A DNA stretch of 62,841 nucleotides, filler included, from Candidatus Woesearchaeota archaeon (GTDB lineage Archaea > Nanobdellota > Nanobdellia > Woesearchaeales > B72-G16): the NCBI GenBank assembly GCA_003650545.1. It is 12 parts of 12 records of this genome, joined end to end, with 100 filler letters (N's around TTAATTAATTAA, not from the genome) between each part and the next. Parts side by side here need not be neighbours in the genome. Positions count along the whole stretch, not along the records: positions 16,259 to 21,542 come from QMQO01000064.1; positions 21,643 to 26,879 come from QMQO01000065.1; positions 26,980 to 32,213 come from QMQO01000066.1; 9 more parts are not named here. One strand, 5' to 3'. The notes beneath the pieces are model-generated. The model did not search any database. It had not been told where the DNA came from and saw only the letters and a list, made by a program, of their open reading frames with translations. Numbering within the stretch: the stretch's first letter is position 1; the number at the start of each line of letters is the position of its first letter. Positions 19,707 to 31,160 of the stretch are shown piece after piece. A program made the position numbers and the translations under genes.

Positions 19707-21080
19707 TTACATTTCTTCCGCTTCGATGCTCTCTAAATATTCAATCATGTATTTAATGCATTTCTCGACTGTTTCTTGAGTGAGTGTGAAAATATCATAC
19801 AAGGTTGATTCTCTCGATATCGGAAGTCTGAGTGTAGTTGATTGTTCAGTCGAAACCAGTAATATATCATGCTTCCCTCTGTATATAGTTTTCTTATCCT
19901 TTGTACTAACAAGCGGAGTTTGAAATATATCTTTGACAGTGAGTAGTTTCTCGACTGCTGGTCTATCCGTTATACGCATTATATTTAGTAAATTAACTTG
20001 ATTTTGTAATATTTCTTTCGGCGGAATTGAAGCGCGAATTGTTTCTATTAAAGATACGATGTTACTATGGTGTATCGTTATTTTTGAAGACATTTCTCTA
20101 GCTATATTTTCAATTCGTTTACATTGATTTGTTAACCCCATTATGTGCTCACATTCTTCAGACATGAGTTTTAAGCTATGATTTATATGAGGATGTGTTT
20201 TCAATTTAATTTCTTTGTCTCTTAATTCTTTAAGCAAATGGATCGATTCTATAAGTAACAAATCATCACCTTTATCCATTACCATATAGCATTTATATAT
20301 GGTATGTTTATTGATAGTCATGGTATTAATTTCAAATAATTTATCATGTGATGCTATACGCATTCCATTTAAAGAAATGAATATTGCTATATTAGGAAGT
20401 ATCTCGAGGATATCTCTTTCGAATTTATTTACTTCTGTAGAGGGTACTGTACGAGAATAATTCTTGACTTCTATATAGATATCATCTTCAACTTTTAGAT
20501 CCATTGAATGTCCATTGTTATGCGTATCGGTATATGATATGCCATTCTTGAGTAAGATCTCTTTAATTTTAATCTCACCTTGTCTTCCTCGTATATATGA
20601 AGTATCTTGTTTAGGTATAAGTAAGTCACGAATGAAATTACAGATTGATGATTCAATATATTTATTTTCATTACGAATAGTAGTCAATACAGTGTCGGAA
20701 GATGATTGCTGAATCATGGTTTCAACCAGGTTAATTATATGTGTTTTAATTTGGGTTATATTTTCATCTTGTGAGTTTATCAATTCTTGTAATTGATCAT
20801 ATGACATAGATTTCTTCACATAATGAGGTATTGTTTCCATGATCATATCTATTCGAGATTGAAAATCATGCATGAAAGTTTCCTGAAAGATCTTATTATG
20901 TTTTTGTGATTGGGTTACAAGTATATTCGCAATATCGGAAGCCATCGGAATGTTATGTTGTGTACTATGATATTCTTTGTGAAATATAGCTGCTATCTGA
21001 GAAGGTTGCAAAGTTTTAATCCATTGAATGACTTCAGGGCTATCGGACAATATATCAAGAGTCCTTTCAAAGATGGACAT
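19707..21080 (-). CDS. Coiled-coil protein with PD-(D/E)XK restriction-endonuclease-like domain (giant-virus-like)
   Basis: RGRQGE...HSMDL...IYIEVKNY...EVNKFERD gives the E..D..ExK core, flanked by helical regions. No Shine-Dalgarno; AT-rich upstream region. Confidence 0.7.
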   Translation of the reverse strand: MSIFERTLDILSDSPEVIQWIKTLQPSQIAAIFHKEYHSTQHNIPMASDIANILVTQSQKHNKIFQETFMHDFQSRIDMIMETIPHYVKKSMSYDQLQELINSQDENITQIKTHIINLVETMIQQSSSDTVLTTIRNENKYIESSICNFIRDLLIPKQDTSYIRGRQGEIKIKEILLKNGISYTDTHNNGHSMDLKVEDDIYIEVKNYSRTVPSTEVNKFERDILEILPNIAIFISLNGMRIASHDKLFEINTMTINKHTIYKCYMVMDKGDDLLLIESIHLLKELRDKEIKLKTHPHINHSLKLMSEECEHIMGLTNQCKRIENIAREMSSKITIHHSNIVSLIETIRASIPPKEILQNQVNLLNIMRITDRPAVEKLLTVKDIFQTPLVSTKDKKTIYRGKHDILLVSTEQSTTLRLPISRESTLYDIFTLTQETVEKCIKYMIEYLESIEAEEM

Positions 21081-21642
21081 TTAAAATGTATAAAAATAAT
21101 TGAATATTTTATTTTTGAATTCGTATCAAGATTTACTTTTATCACAAAAGTAACATAGTAAGGGATACGTAGTAAAATGGAATAAAAAGGTCATTATATT
21201 TCATAAATATACTTTGATCCTCTTTGACAATTATGTTAGAAGGGTTTAGTATCGATCTGAATTTGGTGTAAATTCAGATTTATAATTGGTTCTTTTTTTG
21301 GATCCTTGGATCTTATGAATTGGTATATTGAAAAGACGGCAGAAATATCGATCTTATTTAAATCATTTATTGCTATTTTTATTCTACCTTAGAAGCATGA
21401 CAATGAGTATATACTACTTTTTTAGCGAATTTACTACTTTTTTTTCTGCTAACTTTTACTTTTTGCTAAGAATCGAGTAAATTCTCTATTTATTTTAGAT
21501 AAAAATGTCGAGTTTATTTTTACCTTAGGAACCTCATAATTGNNNNNNNNNNNNNNNNNNNNNNNNNNNNNNNNNNNNNNNNNNNNTTAATTAATTAANN
21601 NNNNNNNNNNNNNNNNNNNNNNNNNNNNNNNNNNNNNNNNNN

Positions 21643-24600
21643 CCCCTGATAAATATATGCTGATTTATTTTTGTACAATGCAATAGTTTGTGGAAGTGGT
21701 GAATCTGGATTTTCAACAAGAACATTATATGTCCAATAAGTTCTTTTTGATGTCATTGGCGGATTTAATCCTATTTGTTCTGTTTCTGACTTCCCTGTAT
21801 CAAATGTGCTTGCCCATGGGCCAAAATCATCTATTTCGTCATTATTAAGGTCGCCAAAGTTATAAAATGTAACCCATCCGCCATTACTTAAAAAGTTAAA
21901 TTTTTCATTTATTGTATAGTCATCTTGTGGTTTGAGTTGCTTAGGCAACAAACATATAATAGTATCTCCTGCTCCACTACCACAGACACCCTTGTTTAAA
22001 ACAGATATATGAGTACATATGTTATTGTATGACTCTTCGTGCTTCTTTAAGGGATCTTTCAAATATACTGCAGGTTTAGAGCCTTCGTATTCGGCAAATC
22101 CCCATCCTTCTATTACCATCCAGTTATCTTCATCAGGAGAAGTAAAATTTCCACCACGTTCTGGATGCCCACTAGGATACACTCTGTTTATACTTGTTCC
22201 TAACCCATAGAACCACCATGCTCCATAAAGCGTACAATATCTTTCGTCTATAGGCGAACCATCGTTTATGTCGGACCCATCTAAATTGATGACAGTAAGA
22301 GCTCTGAACGCTGATCCCATACCTTGCATTGGCGTAGAACCAGATATTGTTGTGTCATCTATATTTATAACCCCGGAAATGTCACATTCATAGGTAACAT
22401 CATCTGTTGAAGTATCATCGAGAAATCCTAACTTTATAACACATCCAGAACCAAGATGATTGAAATATTGTCCGGTTATATTAAAATCTGTTTTTTGATC
22501 AGAACGTCCCTTTTTTGGAGATATCGAAGTAATTATAGGTGGACGTATATCTTTGTATTGAAAACCACTTGGTAGAATTCCAATTTGTCCATCACGATTT
22601 ACGACTTTTATATCAATATATCCAGAATCAACAATTGTCCAAGATGGTATATTGAGCAACAAGCCAGGACCGGCCGGATGTGTAAAATAATTTATATCTA
22701 TATATCTAGCCCTATTCACCTCAGTATAAATTCCAGAACCCGCGTTACTAAAGTATATTTTTGCATCCCAATCTAAATTGTCACCGTGCAACCAAACATC
22801 TATCCCACCATCAGGATGACCTTTTGCAGGATAACACGCAATTGGTTTTGGTGGCAACCTATATGTAAATGCTTTGCATCTTGGACATCTGTATCCACCT
22901 TGTCCTTTGTTTGCAGTTGTGTCCCATCCACCACCCCATTGATATTTGGCAAATTGGTTAGAAAGAGATGATCCATGTAAATAATTTTCATCATATACAC
23001 CAGGGGGATTTTGAATATATATATTCCACATCCCATGACTCCCGGATGGCACAGGGGGGGTTACAAATTCTATAGTATCAGAAACACACATGATATTATT
23101 AATATTTATAGGGTTAATTAATCTTACTCCACTACAACCGGGATATTCTTCCCATGTTTTAAGAACAGCTTCAGAAGCCATAAGAGGATTATCTTTCCCT
23201 CCAAGGGCATCAGGATAAAAGTATGCCCACCGCATGTCTCCGTTATCTTTACCGCCATCTGCCTTAAACTGTTCCATGTCCCAGGAATATTCGTCGGGTC
23301 TAAGTCTCCACATAAACACCCTTGGCAAAAGTCCGCCAGACGGATAAGCTCCGCTTGGCGCCCATAACATATTTCTACATTTTAACCTAACTGTTAATCC
23401 GCCTTCACAGGCGCCTTCTTGTGGGGTAAGATTATTATATAGGGGTTGCATTTGTGGTTTTTTAAATGAAATTGCACACGGGGCAACAGCATATCTTGTT
23501 TCTAACCCGGATGCACTATTTTTGTCATTAATAACATATAGATTTTTTATTTCGGTATCATCAAGAGCCATTCTTGGTGTTCTAGCCCATATAGTTGTCC
23601 CGTCAGCAGAAACATCTTCTATTTGCCCTTCTGGCAAAGAATATCCGTATTCTAAAACCTGTCCTCTAAGTCCATCCGTAACCCAAACGGATTGTCCGGT
23701 TCGCCCTTCACATGCAGCTGATGTATTGTCCTCGGTGCATAATCTTAGTTTGCCACCTATAAGTATCTGGATGTTTTCTTTGGCGTCAAATCCTGTTCCT
23801 TCAACAATCATTCTTGTATTTCCGTCTGGCCATGCGGTTCTTTGCAAAGTTCCAATAAATCCATGAGGATTAGTAGTATCTCCTGTTTCTAGGTAAACAT
23901 TTGAAATTGTTGGCAACTCTGGAATATCTACATAAGTATAAGCGTTTGGCAAAACACCAGATAGTCCATTGTCTGTAATCTTTTCTAGCGCATCATAATA
24001 CACAATAACGTCTTTGGTGCCTAAAGAATCTCCTTCTGGTACAACAAACATATAACCAAACATTTCAGATGTGTTTCCAAATTCATCAGTACAATAGTTA
24101 CCTAAATAATTTCCTTTGGCAAATTCGCATGGTTTTCCGTCTATCCAAATAGATCCTATATTGTCTTCAGAATAAAGTGTTACCACATTTCCTCCAACAA
24201 GTGGACCCTTGTTGGGGGACACATATTCTCCAGACGGTGGATTTATATAATAAAAGTTTTGTGGGGCTTTAGCCCACCAACCTCTAAACCTTGGGTCTTC
24301 ATATTGTTTGTTTTTTTTCGGATAGTCATATGCTAATGTCCAGTTGTCTATTAATGATTGATCTTGTGTCGCAAAGGAGGCTGGACCAGTAGGATTTATA
24401 ACAACAAGAATATATCTGCATTCTAGATATTTACCATCTGGTTCATTGTTATATCTCATTGCTTCTGGAATAGTACATGTAAGCTTTCTTCCAACAACAT
24501 ATCCATTAGGATTAATTCCGGATTCGTGTAATTGGACATTTGTACACCAAGCCAGTTTTGTTCTATCATCTAGCCATTTACATCCTTCACAGGGTACTAG

Positions 24601-26879
24601 AGATGGGTTAAACCATGCATCGCAAATTAAAAATACTTTTGGTAGTTCTAAGTTATCATTTTGGTAAAAGTTTCTCCCATATATTTCAAGTTCTAACCCG
24701 CCATGTGTAGTCCCATATCTAGGGCTAAAGTCGTATACGGACATAGCTGTTCCTACATAATGGAAAAACTGACATGGATATCTAGTAGAAGCAAATTCTT
24801 CTCCGTATTCACTGTATTCTTGTAGCCCGGAATTTGTTATTATAAACCATGGTGAATCCGCATAGGTTGATGGTCTTTCTGGCAAAGTAGCAGATAAAGA
24901 ATAACCGTTTCCACTTGGCAAATAATCATTTATTGGTACTTCTAACTCGTGCCAAGTAAACTCTTGAAAGTCAAATGTGTTTACTAAATGAGCTGGTATA
25001 TTACATTCGATTTCTGTTGTAGGTTCATACCATCCCATTTTAAGTTGCATTGTCCCGCTTGCTATATTTTTTCCATCAACAATTATGTTTGTTGTAGCAT
25101 TATGATCCCCAAAATTTGGCTCAATATTTGTTATCGTTGGTAAATTAATCCCTGTTGGTGGCGGCAATAAAGTATATGTGTGAGGATCATCGTCTTTGTG
25201 ATTTAATAGCCAAGAATACGGAGCCGTTACCATAATTTCATACGTTCCTGGGTTATTTAAGTTTTCAGGAATTCTAACAGCTACACCTCTTTTATTACAA
25301 CCATGATAACTAAGAATGTTGTTTGAACCTTCCATATATTCTAATTCTATTACATTATCGGGATTTTCTGGCAAAGGGTATTTCATATAAACATTAGAAC
25401 CAAAAACTATATTGTCACCTTCTATAAAAACAAGATTCCCACCGGTTAAGGGTCCTCCGCTAGGAAACACACTTTTTATTTTTGGTCTCCTTTGATATGT
25501 CCAGCCTAATGTGCCTGTTTTTTGGTCATGAACTCGTGTTAAAGATTCGCCAGAAGGCCAATATATATTCTGAAATATTGTTACTTCTTTGTATCCCTCA
25601 AAACCAAAAGGATAAACTTTTTCGCATCCAGAGCCATCAAAGCAAAACGGGGTACCGTCTGGTCCATATTCGTGATAAGTATCAACCCCAATCAATGGGG
25701 AACTTGGGGCTAGTCCTGTTATTTTATCAACAGCTCTATTTCTACCAAAGTGTCGTATATCTGTCCCGTATTGATCCATGAACATCCCAAAGTCACCAGA
25801 TCCACGATAACATGTATTATTTAAATATCTATCTTTATGCCACAAAACTGTAGTTTCTCCAGAACACATAACATCTTCTGGGTTATATAATAGAGTTCCT
25901 GTTATTTCAAATCTTACAGTTTCTCTTGGATCAGAATATGGTACAAGTGGTCTTAATCTATTAATTTCTATATTCGGTATTCTTTCTGCAAAGTCATCAT
26001 TTACATTATAAATTAATCTAGGTTTCCATACAGGTTCTTCAAAGTTTGTATCGTCAGTATCTGGACCTGGCCCGACTCCAGGGCTAGGACTAGCCCCAGG
26101 GCTAGGACCAGTGCTAGGGCTAGGACCGGTGCTAGGACTAGTACCAGGACCAGGACTAGCGCTAGGACCGGTGCTAGGGCTAACACTAGAACTAGGACCA
26201 GGGCTAGTACTAGGACCAGTACTAGGACTAGTACTAGGACCAGGACTAGGGCCAGGGCTAATACTAGGACTAATACTAGCAATACCGGCACTAATACTAA
26301 CAATACCGGGACTAACTCCAGGATAGGTATCTGGAATTTTGTCGCCAGATGCGCCATCTCCTCTTTGGCCTTCATAAGGCACTAGCATGTATAGAATGCC
26401 AAGCGTTTCGCCGGAATACGCATTGCCATCTTCCCACATACCAATTTCGTACCACTTTCTTTTATCTCTAGAAGGATATGGTGGTGTATTATCCGACAAA
26501 GAAACCATATCGTCATAAGCATATTCTGACGTAAGTTTTAACCCTAATGCAGAAAACTGAGAAGATGATGCCGCTTTTAAAGACGCTTGCGTAACATCAA
26601 AAAAATTCCATCCAGAAGTCAATGGTATAGCGCCATTACCGCCAACAAATGTGTGTTCGCTGTCTAAAGACGGTGTAGAAAGTTTTAGCCCGCTCCCGCC
26701 ATACACATCGTTCGGGAACATGTTTGCCAAATTTTCTAGTTTGTACATTTCTTCTGGTGTTAAAGTATCGGGGTCAGGACGATCTATAAAATAAACATGT
26801 ATCCCGCTAGGGGAGTTGCCTTGTGCTGCGCCGTCTTTCATGAATGGGTGTGTGGCATTATTGATGGCAAGTATAACGC
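21643..26879 (-). CDS. Giant multi-IPT/TIG (Ig-like) protein, truncated at both ends
   Basis: Frame open across the whole contig. About 9 IPT/TIG-like starts such as PKIKSVFPSGGPLTGGNLVFIEGDN, FSPRYGTTHGGLELEIYGRNF, PIITSISPKKG. Confidence 0.8.
26064..26320 (-). repeat. 6-bp-periodic low-complexity tract encoding a Ser/Pro/Gly/Thr linker
   Basis: AGT/GGT-CCT/ACT hexamer variants encoding SPSISPGPSPGPSTSPSTGP... Confidence 0.9.
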
Positions 26880-27249
26880 NNNNNNNNNNNNNNNNNNNNN
26901 NNNNNNNNNNNNNNNNNNNNNNNTTAATTAATTAANNNNNNNNNNNNNNNNNNNNNNNNNNNNNNNNNNNNNNNNNNNNACTTTACAATTGATAATAAAT
27001 AAAAATACCAACTAGTGGGTAAATAACATCATTTTATTTTTGTTTTAAAGCTATTTTCTATTATTATTTCTCCATTCCCGATTACGTATCTTGGTGATTT
27101 GTGGTAAAGTAGTAGTTCTCTTAGTATTTGATAATTGTGTATTAGTAAGTCGGCTCTGCATCCCTTTGTTATTTCTTTGCAGTAATCTCTTATCCCCTAG
27201 CTCTTGCCGCTCTCCACGTTATCATGTCATACAGTATCTTCATTTTACC

Positions 27250-28240
27250 TGGTGTTATTCACCACATTATGTGTGAAGCTAGGAATGCTACTTCTAACAT
27301 AATTATTTCTATGGATAGTAAGCGTCAACTATATTGTCTTGGTCCAATGCTACATTAACATTTTCCTCTAGTAATAGGTTTAGTCGTGCATAGAGAGGTC
27401 CTGTATGTGGGTCAACTACTACACCAATTTCAGCCTCCCTAGAACTCTGGCTAGTTTCCGAGTATATAGGTTTCAGGATAAAGTGTCATAGCTCTAGCAT
27501 GATGTGCAGTTACCCTTCCAATTCCAGCCGTATCGAGGTTTTTGTCTTTGCCAACTTCTCTGTTGTACGTAGCGTAGGGTCACCAGCATCATCTACAAGC
27601 ATTGATATATCTTTATTGTATTGTTTGGCTATTTCGAAAGTAGTTTCAATACGTTTTCATTCGTCTTCACTGTTATCTTCGATCCAGGGTATACCTCCAA
27701 TAACATCAGCTCCAAGCTTCATGGCCTTGCGTATAGTTCTTCTGTATCAGTTTCATGTATGATATCATCTTTGGGAAATACTACTACTTGGAGTACCATG
27801 TACTCCGCTCTTAGTAATGCTTTTACACCTTCAAGTCTAGTCTTACTATCTACATCAGCAAATCGGCGCATACAGAGTGCACCGCCTCCTCCAGTGTATG
27901 ACGGACATTGATGATAATACATCTTCCATCATACTTTTCCTTAACCTTACTAGCCAGTTCAATAGCACGAATAGAAGAGCCAATTCTTCTTCCTGATAAT
28001 ACCGTAGAACATCGCCACCAATTATCTTAGAGGTATAGACTTTACATGAGTGTAGGTGCAAGTTAACAAATACCAGGGTAACAAGATTTCCATTGGTATT
28101 TATTTCGCGCCCTCCTTTTCTGGAATATTTTCTGATATATACTTTACTATTCCATCAGTTATTGCTACATCAAAAACACCTTCTTAATTATTAGAGCAGA
28201 GAGATTCAATTCTATAATTGAATAACCTTTAGATTCCAAC
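27250..28240 (-). pseudogene. Decayed cytosine-deaminase-like amidohydrolase
   Basis: Fragments in different frames with stops: FDVAITDGIVKYI, FVNLHLHSCKVY (HxH), FADVDSKTRLEGVKALL, LQVVVFP, GADVIGGIPW, MLVDDAGDP, NVNVALG. Ends approximate. Confidence 0.8.
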
Positions 28241-28845
28241 TCCTTGACAAGATAAACTACATCATCTGAATTCTCCTCAATGCAGTTGCAAATAACTTTA
28301 GTATTAGTTGGTTGACCTGGCTTTGTCTATAACTTTAGCAAGTATATCCTCTCAATCGCTTAGCCAATATCTAATACCATAAGCATTCACAAAAACATAG
28401 GGAACTTTTAACTATAAAGGATGGAGGATGAGCGCTCTCGGATTTTAAGGCGATAGAACCTATAGTAACTCCTCTTATACTATACTCTATAGCCTTCAAT
28501 AACAAGGTATCATTAATATCATCTCCTGAAATAATGACAGAGTTCTTTAACTTAACCTCGCCTAAAGTAACAGATGAATCTACACTCATAAACAATCCCT
28601 TAGGATACTTCTAAAGATACCATCATATAAGGACATTTATGCAATCAACGAATATTAACAACTTCTAATGGAATGCTGGCTTCTTATATGAAGAGCTTGA
28701 GACAATGATTCCATTAACAGAATCATGCTATCCCTAGTACTAGTACTCGTAATACTATACATGGTAGTCAGAGTAATGAAGAAAATATATAGATATAAGA
28801 ATAAATCTCTTTTCATAACTTCTCAATAATTATTCGGGAAGAAGT

Positions 28846-29814
28846 ATGGCTATTAAGATCCTAGCAGTAATGCTATTGGTAGTTATTGTATTCGGCTCTG
28901 TTGTTAGCGTAGGTCTTAATACGATAGATAAAGGTGGTTTAAGAGAATTCCTTGAATCACAATATGTTCCTGAGGCAAGGTTGCTAAGAGCTGCTACTAC
29001 TGCTTATCCAGAAAATACTACTATCTGGATTGCTAGCGATAATCTCCTTGCTGCTAGGGCTCTTGCTGTACTAGGCTCTCCATATGCGCCTATAATTGAA
29101 ACAGAATTACAAAACAAGTATAATGGAGGGAGAAACGGGCAACACGAAGTATTGTTAGGAATAAACATACCAAACCAATTCTATGAACCAGTCATAGTAA
29201 TCCTGGGCACCATTTATTCCAGTAAGTTTAACGCTACATTAACTGTTAAGTATGAGTACCACAATGGCACATTGTTTAGTAATTGGCAGGATTATGCAGA
29301 CCTAATAGTTTATCGAGCTCTAGATAGCTTACTCGAGGGTTCAAGACCTTATGCTGAAGAATTGTTCAAGAAACTCATGTCTATGTGGGATGGATATGGC
29401 TTTAGAGATGGTGCATATGATGGTAAATACTCTACATACAAGCTTGCATTAGCTATCTACCTCTATCGCGCCCTAAAAGCAGCTGGTTCAAACATGTATC
29501 AATACGAGGACATCATAAGTAAATGTTATGAAATCATATCAGAGCTCCAAAGAAGTGATGGCGGTATAATAACGGATTATATGGTTAAGAATGGTGATAT
29601 CATACCTACTGGTGATGCAAACGTTGAGACAACAAGTATTGTGGTATTGGCTGTATACTCTGATTACCCAGAACTAATAGGAAAAACAGCATTAGAAAAA
29701 CAAGCCTTAAGCAACTTGTCTCTGGTCACAATTATTACATTATTAACGGTGTTAACGCTTATGGCTATAGTCTTTCTCTATATTTTCGTATTCAGAAATA
29801 ACACAACAAAATAA
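28846..29814 (+). CDS. Secreted, C-terminally anchored hypothetical protein, possibly an (alpha/alpha)-barrel glycan-active enzyme
   Basis: N-terminal signal, C-terminal TM, helical core ending LQRSDGGIITDY...NVETTS; adjacent to GH99. Confidence 0.7.
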   Translation: MAIKILAVMLLVVIVFGSVVSVGLNTIDKGGLREFLESQYVPEARLLRAATTAYPENTTIWIASDNLLAARALAVLGSPYAPIIETELQNKYNGGRNGQHEVLLGINIPNQFYEPVIVILGTIYSSKFNATLTVKYEYHNGTLFSNWQDYADLIVYRALDSLLEGSRPYAEELFKKLMSMWDGYGFRDGAYDGKYSTYKLALAIYLYRALKAAGSNMYQYEDIISKCYEIISELQRSDGGIITDYMVKNGDIIPTGDANVETTSIVVLAVYSDYPELIGKTALEKQALSNLSLVTIITLLTVLTLMAIVFLYIFVFRNNTTK

Positions 29815-30039
29815 AATACATTGAGAGCTTCCTAAGTACATTTCATAGGTGTCTAATACAATGGTTATATTTAGGCAATAGCATAACCAAGGCATGCTAG
29901 CATCATGTCAGATAAGTACCATTATTGATGCAATTGTTTAACTAATGATAAGCTTGTATAGTCTGACATTGATGATGACGATGCTAAGAAATAATGTTTA
30001 AAATCTTTGAAAAGTGATGCGTAAGATAGGTTAAGGATC

Positions 30040-31101
30040 TTGTATTTAAATAAATACATTTCTTGCCTATTTCTTGTAGTCTTATCTCTTATCTTACCCA
30101 TTGTATCACTAGCTGATACCACACCTATAGTTGCGGTCTACTTCTATGTTTGGTATGGTAATGGTCTAGGTTCTAGGCATTGGAATGATAGCCCCTATAC
30201 TCCAGTCATTGATGAACCATTAATAGGATACTATAGTAGCCTTGATCCAGACACCATAGAGTGGCAATTGCGCTTACTCAACGACGCTGACATAGATGTG
30301 TTGTTCATTAGCTGGTGGGGACCAGGTAGCTATGAAGATAAAGCAACTAGGCTAGTATTTGAAAATCTTAAACGTTATGGTCTCAAGGCTGCTATTCTCG
30401 TAGAGCCTTGGCTAGGTAATGATCCTAACCTATATGATAGTAAATGGTGGAGTCAAGTACTAGACTATATATGGAGAAATTACGTGGAGAAGTACCCAGA
30501 AGTTTACTTTTATTGGGAAGGCAAGCCATTAGTATTAGCATTTAACCCCATAGGAATGAACTATAGACCTATGTCAACAATCTTCACAATACGCATAGTA
30601 GGAAATGATATCGATAATGCTCATTACCAGGACTGGGATTTATGGCCAGACTACTTAGCTCCTTGGACTACATCTAAGGACATTGTACTTAGAGTAAGAT
30701 ATGATGGATATGTAGCAATAACGCCAAGATTCGATGACACGATATTTTGTGAACTAGGCATAAGAACAAACTGTGGTCAAAGACTAATAGACCCAGACTA
30801 CACCATTCAAGCCTACGTTAAACAATGGGAATGGATACTAAGAAACAAGGATAGAATACGGCTCATAGCCATCTACAGCTGGAACGAGTACCATGAGCGC
30901 AGCATGATAGAACCTCACTATGACTCTACGAAACCTAAAGAACTAGTATACGATCCCTATACCATAACCAAGAACTATACATCCCTACTCAGGAACGTAC
31001 ATAACGGTTTAACTAATATCAACTTAAACACAATAACATTAACAGTACTGATATTTATCGTCTCAATGCTTTCCATATATGCATATGTCAAAAAGGAGTA
31101 A
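30040..31101 (+). CDS. GH99-like glycoside hydrolase, membrane-anchored
   Basis: YFYVWYG, PLIGYYSS, ISWWG and SWNEYHERSMIEP (two catalytic Glu); signal peptide and C-terminal TM. Confidence 0.88.
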   Translation: MYLNKYISCLFLVVLSLILPIVSLADTTPIVAVYFYVWYGNGLGSRHWNDSPYTPVIDEPLIGYYSSLDPDTIEWQLRLLNDADIDVLFISWWGPGSYEDKATRLVFENLKRYGLKAAILVEPWLGNDPNLYDSKWWSQVLDYIWRNYVEKYPEVYFYWEGKPLVLAFNPIGMNYRPMSTIFTIRIVGNDIDNAHYQDWDLWPDYLAPWTTSKDIVLRVRYDGYVAITPRFDDTIFCELGIRTNCGQRLIDPDYTIQAYVKQWEWILRNKDRIRLIAIYSWNEYHERSMIEPHYDSTKPKELVYDPYTITKNYTSLLRNVHNGLTNINLNTITLTVLIFIVSMLSIYAYVKKE

Positions 31102-31160
31102 TTTTATATCATCCCGATTATTTACGTAGGTACTTATATAGTAAATAAGAGCTAAAGAAT

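Noticed and set aside
21160..21542. Stop-interrupted minus-strand frame as evidence of TAA reassignment
   Set aside because: The neighbouring 457-aa gene has no internal TAA/TAG and ends at TAA; a decayed gene or non-coding DNA is more likely.
26013..26375. LVLVLAL and LGLGP ORFs as membrane proteins
   Set aside because: Alternative-frame and antisense readings of the hexamer tract inside the IPT/TIG gene.
28371..28700. Possible sugar-nucleotidyltransferase gene remnant
   Set aside because: Only a weak hexapeptide-like fragment (VKLKNSVII); too degraded to support a call.
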